A DNA stretch of 63,246 nt, filler included. It is 4 parts of 4 records of this genome, joined end to end, with 100 filler letters (N's around TTAATTAATTAA, not from the genome) between each part and the next. Parts side by side here need not be neighbours in the genome. Positions count along the whole stretch, not along the records: positions 23,308 to 44,260 come from DRR723986_1292; 3 more parts are not named here. The stretch is one strand, 5' to 3'. Of this stretch, positions 30,801 to 40,604 are shown piece by piece (the stretch's first letter is position 1; every line of letters starts with the position of its first letter). The notes under the pieces were generated by a model that had not been told where the DNA came from, did not search any database, and was given only the letters and a program-made list of their open reading frames with translations. The translations under genes were made by a program, and so were the position numbers.

Positions 30801-31712
30801 GCTTTCGGCTTGAGTTGCAGGCTGTTCTGCATCAGCGTCGTCGGGTTGCGCAGCTTGAGCTTCACCAGATTCGTTCGAAGAGTCAGCACTTTGAACTGCT
30901 TCGGAAGTGGTCTCACCGCTAGCGTCTGTTGACTCGTTCGCCGCTGTCTCGGTGCTAGGCGATTGAGCGCTTGTATCGTCGACTTCGGCAGTTGAATCGG
31001 AGGCCGCTTCGGCAGGTGCCTTCTGGCCTGCGTCTGCTGGAGTGGCCGCCGCTTCATCGGTGGAAGGGGCCGCTGTGCCGGCAGCAGAATCGGTGCTGGC
31101 GGTAGGCGGCTCTGGTGTGTCACTGGTCGGCTGCGGGCAAAGCTCAACGCTAACCTTGGCCTTCTTCTGAATCGACTCACGCAGCTTTCGAGCCAAATCG
31201 GTATCACCGGCCAGCAAACTGCCAATCAGACGCCGAGTTTGCTCGAGCGCCTCGGGAGCGGCCTCTTTAGATATGCCAAGCTTCTCGGCAGCGTACTGTT
31301 CGACGTCTTCTACTAGTCCCTCGGCCGCAATTAATTGCTCAAGCAAGCTGCTCGCCTGCTCGTTGCCCTCGCCCGACAACCCCAGCGATCGACGAGCCCG
31401 GAAGGCACGCAATGCGACTTCGATATCTAACTCGGTCTTGCTAGCCGCAACTGCCGCCTCAGCCTCTTCGTCGAGCACGGCGTCTTTAGGCAATTGGCTC
31501 GTCAGCCGAACTCGAGCGGTCGCTAGACGTTGCTGGCGATCGATCTCCAGCTTCAGGGCCCACAATTCAGCTCGGGAGAGGTTTCCAGATTCGTCAGCAC
31601 GGTACTGCGCGATGAAAGCTGGCTGATAGCCCTGTTCAAGTAGTCCAGCCGCAATGCGGAGGTTTTCAACTGAACGATGCAATTGATGGGCGATACCGGT
31701 GAGATCCGTCAT
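27828..31712 (-). CDS. Tex-like RNA-binding protein (Tex N, YqgF-like, HhH, S1) with long low-complexity inserts
   Basis: PAFIAQYR, ARSLQDPL, GSYQ, GVDV, FDATGIHPDDY, S1 domain FGIFVELG..SGLIHISRL; start reset to MTDLTG. Confidence 0.85.
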   Translation of the reverse strand: MTDLTGIAHQLHRSVENLRIAAGLLEQGYQPAFIAQYRADESGNLSRAELWALKLEIDRQQRLATARVRLTSQLPKDAVLDEEAEAAVAASKTELDIEVALRAFRARRSLGLSGEGNEQASSLLEQLIAAEGLVEDVEQYAAEKLGISKEAAPEALEQTRRLIGSLLAGDTDLARKLRESIQKKAKVSVELCPQPTSDTPEPPTASTDSAAGTAAPSTDEAAATPADAGQKAPAEAASDSTAEVDDTSAQSPSTETAANESTDASGETTSEAVQSADSSNESGEAQAAQPDDADAEQPATQAESSTTEQPAAPTESASAAEGPGEEAAVAADAEQASADTGEKSGSDGETTEDADAILSKRFGDSKKSKKKAKAAAAESAKAKSAAKLTPRQRRRRWLVAMLTPMKNLKKPLGKLTSYQQLMLGRGRRSQIVETHLDYDKKSLIPLSRDRFVRRDHPLAKWFSAAAEAAFDAGLRGKLESDAVAELEELASEQLLTTAAEGLRRTLMQRPVRGHRIMVVDSVGPKVSAVAIVDQAGNVLACDEIQCSALATMVEQNVMRLGELAHKYKVTLLALTNGPARRFLVHTMRELMKQSASSGLRWTMADRSGADAYAAGRIALRELSAFNRRDRAAIWVARSLQDPLTQYLKVGINRIRLGSYQRELPQEPLKKLVRETIADCVASRGVDVHSASVAQLLCVPGVTDEQAQQIATLAAQGNIESRAQLLEAVDGWTETQSRQAIGLLRVFGSEQTFDATGIHPDDYRLAQRLVDNTELESPPAAPEGWTKPDPMDVSETNSDFVIEEAQSTTEASSDGSTEDSTATETTESTTVEVADCSDDQAASAEASPSPAEDATASSEVSESTEATSEEPTSSDTNNESTGEAASDTPTETEPEAPEEAVSEGTGDSSSEEAAPADAAQAEDKQATSEASSPAPEYPEDVEAAKAKPLPIDVEKLARGWQVGREKLKSIAYALNEPFADTRLRGAPVPLRTEMPTLENLKPGTCIWAVVVGVADFGIFVELGPECSGLIHISRLSDRFVDDPHEFVQVGDLIMTWVVNVDEKKGRVALTALSPQQRDSQRSASDGRDGHRGRGDGRGSRGGQRDGAGQRGRGGESRGGDSRGGPGGQRGSGQRDGGQRGGNRDGQRGGGQRGGGQRGPGRGRDNRGGNRSRDNRPSKPVIVKSKKPVDPISSAMKEGAEPLRSFSDLLQFYDAKRTDEPETKAAKSETKVVGDEANKETPAPSPEAESTPTTEVESQPSEQQTPPPAAETAKNEPASADSEASSTPDDNADKEN

Positions 31713-32021
31713 GGTTGACACTTGTTTCGGCGGGGCAGGGCGACAAAATATCCATCGCACGGCCCACATTTTGTGGACAATAGGGTGCACGAGCCCGCTT
31801 CAAACGCAGACAAGACTCGTAAATGCACTACTGAGAGCGGGTAAACTACCCAAACTAACGCAACTTGTGCATCATTCTGGGCTATTCACCTAGCGTCGCG
31901 CGAATCTAAGCAAGCATTCTAAGGTTGTCAAGCGCACGAAGGACTTCCGGCAGGTCATGCGTGGGTGTCAGTCTGTGAGTTTTGGCTGAAATTGAGCTGG
32001 TCGCCGGCGGCTGACAGAACA

Positions 32022-32113
32022 GTAGGGTGGCGCAGCCCACCGAATCTCCCTGGTGGGGTTCCCCCACCCTACGAGAAGTGCAGGAGGGGAACTCCGGCTA
32101 AAAGCGGTACTAC
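32022..32113. repeat. Inverted pair of GTAG REP-like palindromes (REPIN-like) plus a third degenerate copy
   Basis: + GTAG-GGTGG-cgcagc-CCACC (32022-32041); - GTAG-GGTGGGG-gaa-CCCCACC (32052-32072); - GTAGTACCGCTTTTAGCCGG (32094-32113). Confidence 0.6.
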
Positions 32114-32162
32114 GAACGACGAGCGAGCCAGAACCTGTGCCGCGCTCCGTGGTCTTCCGAAA

Positions 32163-35100
32163 TCAGTAATCGAACTCTGAAAGTGCCACATCGATGAGCT
32201 CAATCCGCTCTCGTTCGTCGTCCTCAAGCTCGTTGCCAATCCAGGGGCCAGCAATGTAACGCACCGCTGCCTGCTCACCCTCGCCATCTGCGTTCAACAA
32301 GTTAATCACCTGAAGGGCATCGCTGGGCGTTACGAATTTATCTTCGTTCACATCCAAGTACCGATCGGTTGCCATCGTTAACTCGGGAAGCAACCGAGCG
32401 CCGACACCGTTCAGATCGTTGATAATGATAAGTGCGTCGAGTGGAGTGATGAATCCATCGTCATTGACATCGAAGCGTTCAGGCTTGTTGGTCCAAGAAT
32501 AGTTGTCATCGTTCAGGATCGTTAGGTCGAGCGTTCCAGCTTGATACCTATCCTCTCCCGCGTTTAGCCGGATGCTCACGTCATCGTTGACGGCAAAATT
32601 GTCGACAATCTCCACCTTGAACATCACTTCCATCGCACCGGTTGGGATGGAAACCGATTCAGGCAACACGATCGCATCATCGTTGTTGGCTGCCAGGTCG
32701 ACGACTAACTCCTCGGAGACATCCGTGTTGCTGCGTCGAAGCGTTACGTCGACAGAACCAACCGATTCATCGACAGTGTCATTCTCGATCATCAGTGAGA
32801 GTTGCTCGTGATCAACGACGTCAATCTGGGCGGTGGCGGAAACGAAGCCTGCGGCCGACACGTCAAAAGTGACCGTCTGTGTCCCGTCGAGCAGATCGTC
32901 GTCCACGGCTCCAATAGTAAACTCAACCGATCGCTACCCACCCGGAATGGTAACGGTCTGTACCGAGGTTGCTTCGCCCCGGTCGTTGATCAAGATGTCT
33001 ACGTCAACCGGTGAGTCGACATCGGTGCTCTCGATGCGTACTGTTGCAGTGGTCGCCCCGCCGAATTCCGAGATTTCAGATTCAAGTATCTCGATCGTGA
33101 GTTGTTCATGGTCTATGACGCGAACACTTGTGGTCGCCCCAACCATCCCACTGGCTGTTGCGGAGATTAAATACTCTTTCGTGCCGTCAAGCAACGCGTT
33201 GTCTACGGGTTCAACGGAAAACTCAACCTGCGTTTCACCAGCGGCAAACTGAACCGTGTCCGGAAACCGCAGACGGGAATCTTGCCCGGCGAGATCTACG
33301 GTCATCGCCGCTGTGTGCCCCGCCGGACGAGTCAAGGTCGCGGTGATCGCTGTCCCATTCTCGACCATACTATCTTGGCTGGTGGTGATCTCCAAGACTT
33401 CGTAATCCAAGACCGTCAGCTCAGTCTGCACGGATTCATAGTGCTCAGCACTTGCCGTAATGGTTACTGCCTGTGGTCCATCGAACGCGTCATCGTCTTT
33501 GCCCTGAACAACAAAGCTCGCCTGATACTCGTCTCCCTCGATCAATACCGAATCCGGCAACGTCACCTCAGAATCGTCACTCGCTGCGAGGTTAACGATG
33601 AGGTCGCCAGTCGAACCTGCTGGGCGGGAAATGGTCAGCGTTGTCTGGCCGTCAAACTCGCTAATCTCTGAGTGAGAACTCTCGAGGCTCAATACTTCAC
33701 GGTCGGTAATGGTCAGCTCCGATTCAGCCGTAAGATAATCCGGGTGAGAGGCAGAAATGACGATTTCTATATCACCGTCTAGGGTAGCATTGTCGATCGC
33801 CACCACATTGAAACTTACAGTGGACGCGCCTGCGCGAAATTCAACTTGGTCCGGAATCTGGACACGTCCGCTTACCGATGTAGAAATGTTCACGGTCAAG
33901 GGTCGATTGACGTCAAAGTTGTGGCGGCGAAGGGTGACTGTCGCCTGTCCACCTTCTTCAGAGATAGTGTCCGAACTGATTGTTGAACTCAGTCGCTCTT
34001 CATCCAGCACTTCCAGCTCAATTGCGCCAGCTTCGTAACCAACGGCCAGTGCCGTGACCGTCACGCTCTGCGCCCCATCATGGAAGGACTCATCAACCGC
34101 AGTGGCATTGAAAACAGTGGACTGAAGCTGGCCATCTGGAATCGTGATCGTAGCTGGAACACGCAGCTCACCCGTGTCGTTGCTTCGCAATCGCACGGTT
34201 AAGTCACCGTCGGAATCAGCCCGGCGAACCGTCATCTCAATGCTGCCGCCGTTCTCTGACATCGCAGTCTTATCGACCGTGAATTCGAGCACTTCGTGGT
34301 CAAGGATCAGCAGCGGTGTCGTGACGGGCCAATAGTCTGAGGCATCGGCGGTAATTTGAATGGTTCGTGTGCCGTCAAGCAATCCGTTGTCTATTGCTGA
34401 GATCACAAACGGTTCTGAAAGCAGAGCCCCGTCCGCGATTGATACTGAGTCTGGAAGGTCGACCTGACCGCTCACATCCGCCTGCAAAAAGACGTCAACA
34501 GGACCGCGTGGCTGAGACCTGCCGACGCGTGCGGTCGCCGTTCCATCTCGCTCATTGATCTGCGATCTGTCCAGGACAAGCGTTAGTTGCTGAGCGTCAA
34601 TGACACTCACTGAATCGGTTACAAACAAGTAGCCGTCGGCACGCGCCGTGATGCTAACCGTCTGTGTGCCGTCCCCGACGCCATCGTCAACGGCCGAGAT
34701 GTCGAAGGTGGATGAAGTTAGCTGGCCGTCCCGAATCACGACAGTTTGCGGCGCTGTTGCCTCGGTTTCGTCACTACTCTCCAGTCGAACGATCAGTTCG
34801 CCTCGAGAATCAGTTCGCGTAATTGTTGCCTCCGAAACACCACCGTCCTCATTAAGTTCGCTTTCGACGATATCGAACTGCAACTGTTCATGATCGGTAA
34901 TGTTGACCTCTGTCTCGTCACCAATCGTTCCGGCTGCATCAGCACGGATGAGGGCAGTCGTGGTGCCGTCGAGGAGGTTGTTATCAATGCCAGCCACAGC
35001 AAAACTCGCAGTGCGTGCACCATCTGCGAAAGTGACCGCTGAAGGAATGCTCAACCGATCTGGCGAGTTCGTGAAGAGGTCTACTATTAGGGAGCCGTTG

Positions 35101-38100
35101 CTGAAAGGGCGGACGATCGTCACCGTTGCCGTGCCGTCTCTCTCGGAAATTGATGAACGATTGATACTTGCCCGAAGCTCTTCGTGATCTAGCAGCGTAA
35201 TTCCAAGGCTGCCAGCATCGAACTCGTTCGCAGATGCACTTAGTTGCACTTGTACATCACCGTCAAGTGTGCTGTTGTCGATCGCGCGGACTGTAAAAGT
35301 AGCGCTGGTGGCACCGGCCGGGAAGGTTACTGAGGCGGGAAAGGTGATGCGACCAGATGGCTCGGCGGACAAGCTCACCGTAAGTGGCTGGTCGTAACCA
35401 CGTGGTGTCGTTCGATACAAGGTGACTTCTGCGGTGCCACCTTTTTCGCTGATCTCAAGTGGGCTGCCGGTCAGCGTCAGGGCACTTGCGCTGACGGTGA
35501 AGGTCGCGACATAGTCACCGCCGGGAATGCCATCGCCAGACGGAGAGACATTCCACTGTTGGTGGTTGGTGTTTCCAGCAATATGATTGGACAGATACTC
35601 GCCATCAAGCAGTTGTCCAGCCGTACTGGTGATGCCGCCCGCATCACCGTTCAGATCAATGCGATAATAGCCTGACGGCATCGGACCATCTAGCTCCCAC
35701 GTAGCAACACGGCGCACCGGATCCCAGGCAATCACTCCGTCGGCGTCCGGTAAGACAGCGTCATCTGCGTCGAAGAAGCTTGCATTGGTGGAGTGCAGTA
35801 CCTGAAAGTTCGCTGCAGTGAGCGTAGATGCGTCGATGCCACCGCTGAAACTAACTTCCAGCTTATTGCTCGGCGAACCATCGTCTACCGTGCCGGGCGT
35901 TATGCTCATTCCAACCACAGACGGTCCATGCCCATAACCGGAAACTTGCCCCGAGACTCCTGGTGTTATCCACTCCAGCAGCATTTGATTGCCGCCATTG
36001 CCCTCTTCGTACTGTACGCGGATTTGATACCTTCCGGCAGAAAGGGGCTCGGTCACTGCACCAGCTTCAACGGCGTGACCCGTTCCCCATCCGTTGTCGG
36101 CAAACTCCGCCGAACCAACACCACCAAACGTGCCATCCCCGTTGACGTCTATCCAGAGCCTGCTCCCGTCATCGCTTCGCGTTTGGAGTCGTGTGCCGTC
36201 TACTGGAATCGTGATCCATCCATCCCATTGCGCTGAAAAGTTATCCCAGTTGGCATCTGTGCCACCTGTCACGCCAACGTCAGCGCGGTTGCCGAAGGAG
36301 TTGCTATCGAAGTCGACTGTGTAATCAACTCGTGTTCCAGAGATAGTCTGACTGGCCCGCCAATCATCGTGCATCGCGTAGGTCCGAAGGCTCTGATTGA
36401 CGTAACTGCCTGTTAGGCCGGTCAGCGTACCATCGGCATCGCGACTAAGGGCCGCTTGGGGGACTGAAACGCCAATCGTAATCTCTTCAGCCAGGGACAC
36501 ATCGTTCCCAGCCGCATCACGCAGCGAGCCTTCGATTCGGTAAAAGTCTGGATCGGGAATGCCGCGTGTGTAGAGGTCAAGTCGCCGCGATCTGAAGTGT
36601 GTGATTTTGTTGAATACAACGTCAAGCGGCGCTAGACTGTCGTCAGAAGTGCCAAACTGCCCATCCGATCCGGCTCCGCGGAGGCTCAACTGGCGGTTGA
36701 ATAGCGCCTCGATGGAAAGCTGATCATCAAACCAGAGAGTGAACTGGCCACGCTGATACGGATCGCGATCGTAGACCACACTGTTTACCGATGCTGCCGT
36801 TGTGTCAGTGCTGGTGACGCTGAACGACGCAGTGAAGTCGCCGCTAGGAGTTCCATCGCCTGATACTTCCGGGAATGAGAAAGTCGTCGACTCGCCATCA
36901 ATTGGATTCCCTCGCAGATCGGTGAGCCCATTTGCACCGATGAGTGTGACCGAATAATCGTCGATCTGAAGCGGTGAATCAGCGGTCCAGGTGACGGATG
37001 AATCGAGAGGATTGACTAAGGCCGATCCGGAGACGACTCCGGAACTCGCGCCGGTCACAACAATGGCACCTGCCGTGAGTGAATCAGGGTGAATCAAATC
37101 GTCGAAGAAGAACGTGATTTGCTCGGTACTCTCCACTTGATCGCCGCCGTCTGGGTACATGGCCAAGATGCGAGGACCGGATTGATCCTCGGCGGCAGCA
37201 GGTGTTACTTTGAGGCGATAATCTCCAACACTACTGCGTTTACCGGATACCTCAACGATGTACTCGCCTGCGCTGTCGGCAGTAAACAACAGGTAGGGGT
37301 CGACTGAGTCCAAGCCACTATCTAGATCCAAAGCCGCCGCGCTCTCGGTGACGACCGTGCCGTCCGACAACAGCACTCGCAAGTGCGCATCGAGCGGATA
37401 CTGGAACTCGGCGGAATCGATATCGATTGAGAACACTTCCCCCGCGGCTGCTTCGAAGCGGTAGTTGTCGACATCGTCAGGAGCAGTGATTTCGCCGAAG
37501 ATCGTGACGCTATTGTTTCGCGCATCGTCGGCTTCTGACAGATAGAGGTTGAAGTGGTCGCTGAAGTACGACGCGATTACCAGATCTTGGTGCCCATCGG
37601 AGTTGAAGTCCGCAGTTGCTCCGGTGGATTCTGAGCTACCGCCAACAAAGGAAACGGGGCGAGTGAATTCCCCTTGGCCGTTGCCCAGGAGCGCCATGAA
37701 GTGAGTGGAGAAGCCGCCGACGAGCAGGTCGTGGATTCCATCACGATTCACATCGCCAACGCTAATCGTTTCTCCTTCATGATGTCCTGCAACGCTGCTT
37801 GAAAAAGTAACGCCCGCTGAACTTCCAAAGTACAGACTGACATCCTGTCCGATCCGATTCACCGTAGCGATGTCATCGAAGCCGTCGCCATTGAAATCTC
37901 CGCTAGTGATCCCCTTTGGATCTTCCGACGTAGGCAGAGAGACACTCGTTTCGAAAGTGCCGTTTCCGCGGCCGATTAGCACACTGACCGTATCGTCGTC
38001 GAAATTCGCAGTTGCCAGATCGAGGATATTATCACCGTTGAAGTCGCCGACAGTAATCGAATAAGGATTCTGCCCGACTTTGAAAGTACTTGCGGCGCCG

Positions 38101-40343
38101 AAGGTCCCATTGCCGTTTCCAAGCAGCACACTCACCTCGTCAGGCCAATGCGTGACGGCGAAATCAAGGTTGCCGTCGGAGTCGAAGTCGGCAACTGCAA
38201 CTGACCGCGCACCTCGCGGTAAATTTGCGTACGATGGCGGCCCCAGATTACCAGCAGCATTACTCAACAGGATTGAAGCACGGTTCTGTGAGTTGCTGAC
38301 ATGCACCACATCATCCCGCCCATCTTCATTGAAGTCGCCGACCGCAACGGGCTCTGTCCACCAACCGATCTGATCGACGTTCTGTGTTGCCGCGGGTGTG
38401 AAGCCGCCGCTTCCGTCACCGATAAACGTTTGCAGTTGATTTGCACCGGAGGCGGCAATGAGAACGTCGGCATCACCGTCTCCATCGAAGTCGCCAGTTC
38501 GAAGCAGATTTGGATCGCTTGGGGTGGACACGTCGTCGCGGCGCGTAAGATCTGCCGTCATCTCGAAGAAGTTTGAACGCAAGTCCTGAGGGTCGGTCAA
38601 GTCGTTCGGCTCAAGTTCCGGTACCTGTGCACCGGCTTCGGTCGACCAGTCCAGGTAATTCCTTGTGTTCATCCGCGAAGTGCCTGGCCGCCGCGAGTCG
38701 GTGCCGCGAAACGCGAAACCTTCCCCAACTGGCAACAACTCGTCCGTTCCGACATAACTCATGAATGCGTTTGCCAATCGAGCGTGGGGCAGCCCCGCCG
38801 AGTGACCAAATTCGTGATTCAGAGTATTTATCGATCCGTACGAGAGCGAATTCCAAGACGTCTGTGTGGCGCTCGTTACGGCACGGCCGCTGGTGGACCG
38901 TTGCCCACGGCTACCTCCGCCCCATCCACCTGCACCGATGTCGCCGAAGTCTCCGTATCCCTGCGTGACAATTTCGTCATTGTCATCTGGCAACTGAGTC
39001 GTTGATTCAACACCAAAAGGTCGATACTTGGCATCGAACATCCCGACAACAAAAGGAATTGCTTCTGGCACGGCGAACGAGTTTACCCAGTTGAAATTCT
39101 GGTGGCTCGGCATCTGCTGGTTGAAGTCAATGAAGTGCCTCGGTACATCGCGTTGACTTGCGAACCAGGTATCTTCGTCGACTCGTAGGCCGTAGCTGCC
39201 TAGCCCAGCGGGACTGGTGGCGGCAACAGCAACATAGTACGTTCCGAGGCGTCCCGCATCGACATTCTCTTGGTCCAGTCGCCCGGTGGTTGAATAAGCC
39301 AAGAACTGACCATGCTGATTGAACAAGGTCATCACTCGATTCTGTTCCGAGAGCTCGTCGCCGCCATTTGGGGAAAGATTGAAATCATGGATAGCAAAAT
39401 CGTCGACTTCGATCTTGAAGACGTCAACGTCGTCCATGGACGAAAGCATGCCAACCGCGAAACTACGATCGCGGACAAAGTCCCAATTTGCCGCACCAGC
39501 GAAACCATCGGTTACAGAATTGTTCAGAACAGCAGATGCATACGTATTGAAAACCCCGACGTACTCAGATGCAGTCCCTAGTGTGTTGTTCAACACTTCC
39601 AAGAAATACGTTCCCGCGGCGTCAACGACGTGTGAGAGCCCTAGCCCTTCTAAACTGTTCGAGATCACTGTTCCGGCATCGGTCAACAACCGAGCGCCTG
39701 GACTGGAGTTAGCTAATCCAGCAAAGTCAACCGAAACGCCATCACCGGCTTCAAGGTCAAAAGTAAAGATGTCGACGTCCGCCGCCGCCAAGACTCCACG
39801 AAAGGTCGCGCCACTGGCAAGATCGTTTGCCTGCGCTGGGGTACCATTCGGCTCCTGCTCGCCCGTTCCCGAAAACGCTCGAACACGCGTCTGCATCGCA
39901 TAGGATTCAGTGAACGTTCCATAGGCGTTGCTGGAGTCAAGCCGAATGAAGTAGTCGCCAGGCTCTTGCGCCGTGAACTCCACGTCACGCCCATCTTCGC
40001 TTACGGCCAGCAGGTTGCCTGCGTCATCAAAGATCTCAATCGGAGGCGGCAGTGTCGGTGAAAAGAGGGCATCGTTGATATTGTCAGGATCGATTGAGAA
40101 CCGATCTCCCTGATCAAGGTTCACTCGAAAGAAGTCTACGTCTTGCGTCTGAAGCACTCGGCCTTCAATGACCTGGTTGTCTGGCAGGAAGGTCGCTTGA
40201 GCGGGAGTGTCATTGGGCTCAATCTCGACCGTCAATAGTCGGCGATCTTCCAAAGCCTCGATACGAAGGCAATGCTCTCTAAGCGAGTTGCGAAGTTGGC
40301 GGCGCGTCCAAAAATGTCCGCGATTCGTGCGGTGGTTCTTCAT
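32163..40343 (-). CDS. Giant planctomycete surface protein (PPC, metzincin, FG-GAP, Ig-like, PA14, Calx-beta-like repeats, dockerin-like C-terminus) interrupted by one in-frame TAG at 32934-32936
   Basis: LRIEALEDRRLL planctomycete N-terminal motif; EPND PPC motifs; HEFGHSAGLPH + AFMSY Met-turn; GDFNGDG repeats; SDDGSRLWID PA14; DN/DD-x-LDG repeats; DVNDDGFITPLDAL dockerin-like pair in the downstream in-frame ORF. Confidence 0.85.
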
Positions 40344-40604
40344 CGTTGATCAACGTCCCTGTTAGAGACGATAAACGGGCGTGTATCGGTTCTATAGAGT
40401 GCTGTGAGATGACGCATAACACTTAAGCGCCAGCACACGCAGAAGTATCGTAAACCATCCCCCCCGACGTTGCACGCCACATTAACGCAAGCCTAGCTAC
40501 CGAACGCCAATACCATCAACGGCACTCCCCAAAATAGGTAGTCACAACCGCCAGCAAATCCGCACCTTCTCGGTTGCTCTTCTATCGATTCCGTCGCCGA
40601 GCAA

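Noticed and set aside
32934-32936. Genome-wide TAG recoding or pyrrolysine
   Set aside because: TAG ends many complete genes on contigs 1-2 (e.g. 10897, 17495, 26732) and no pyl genes are present
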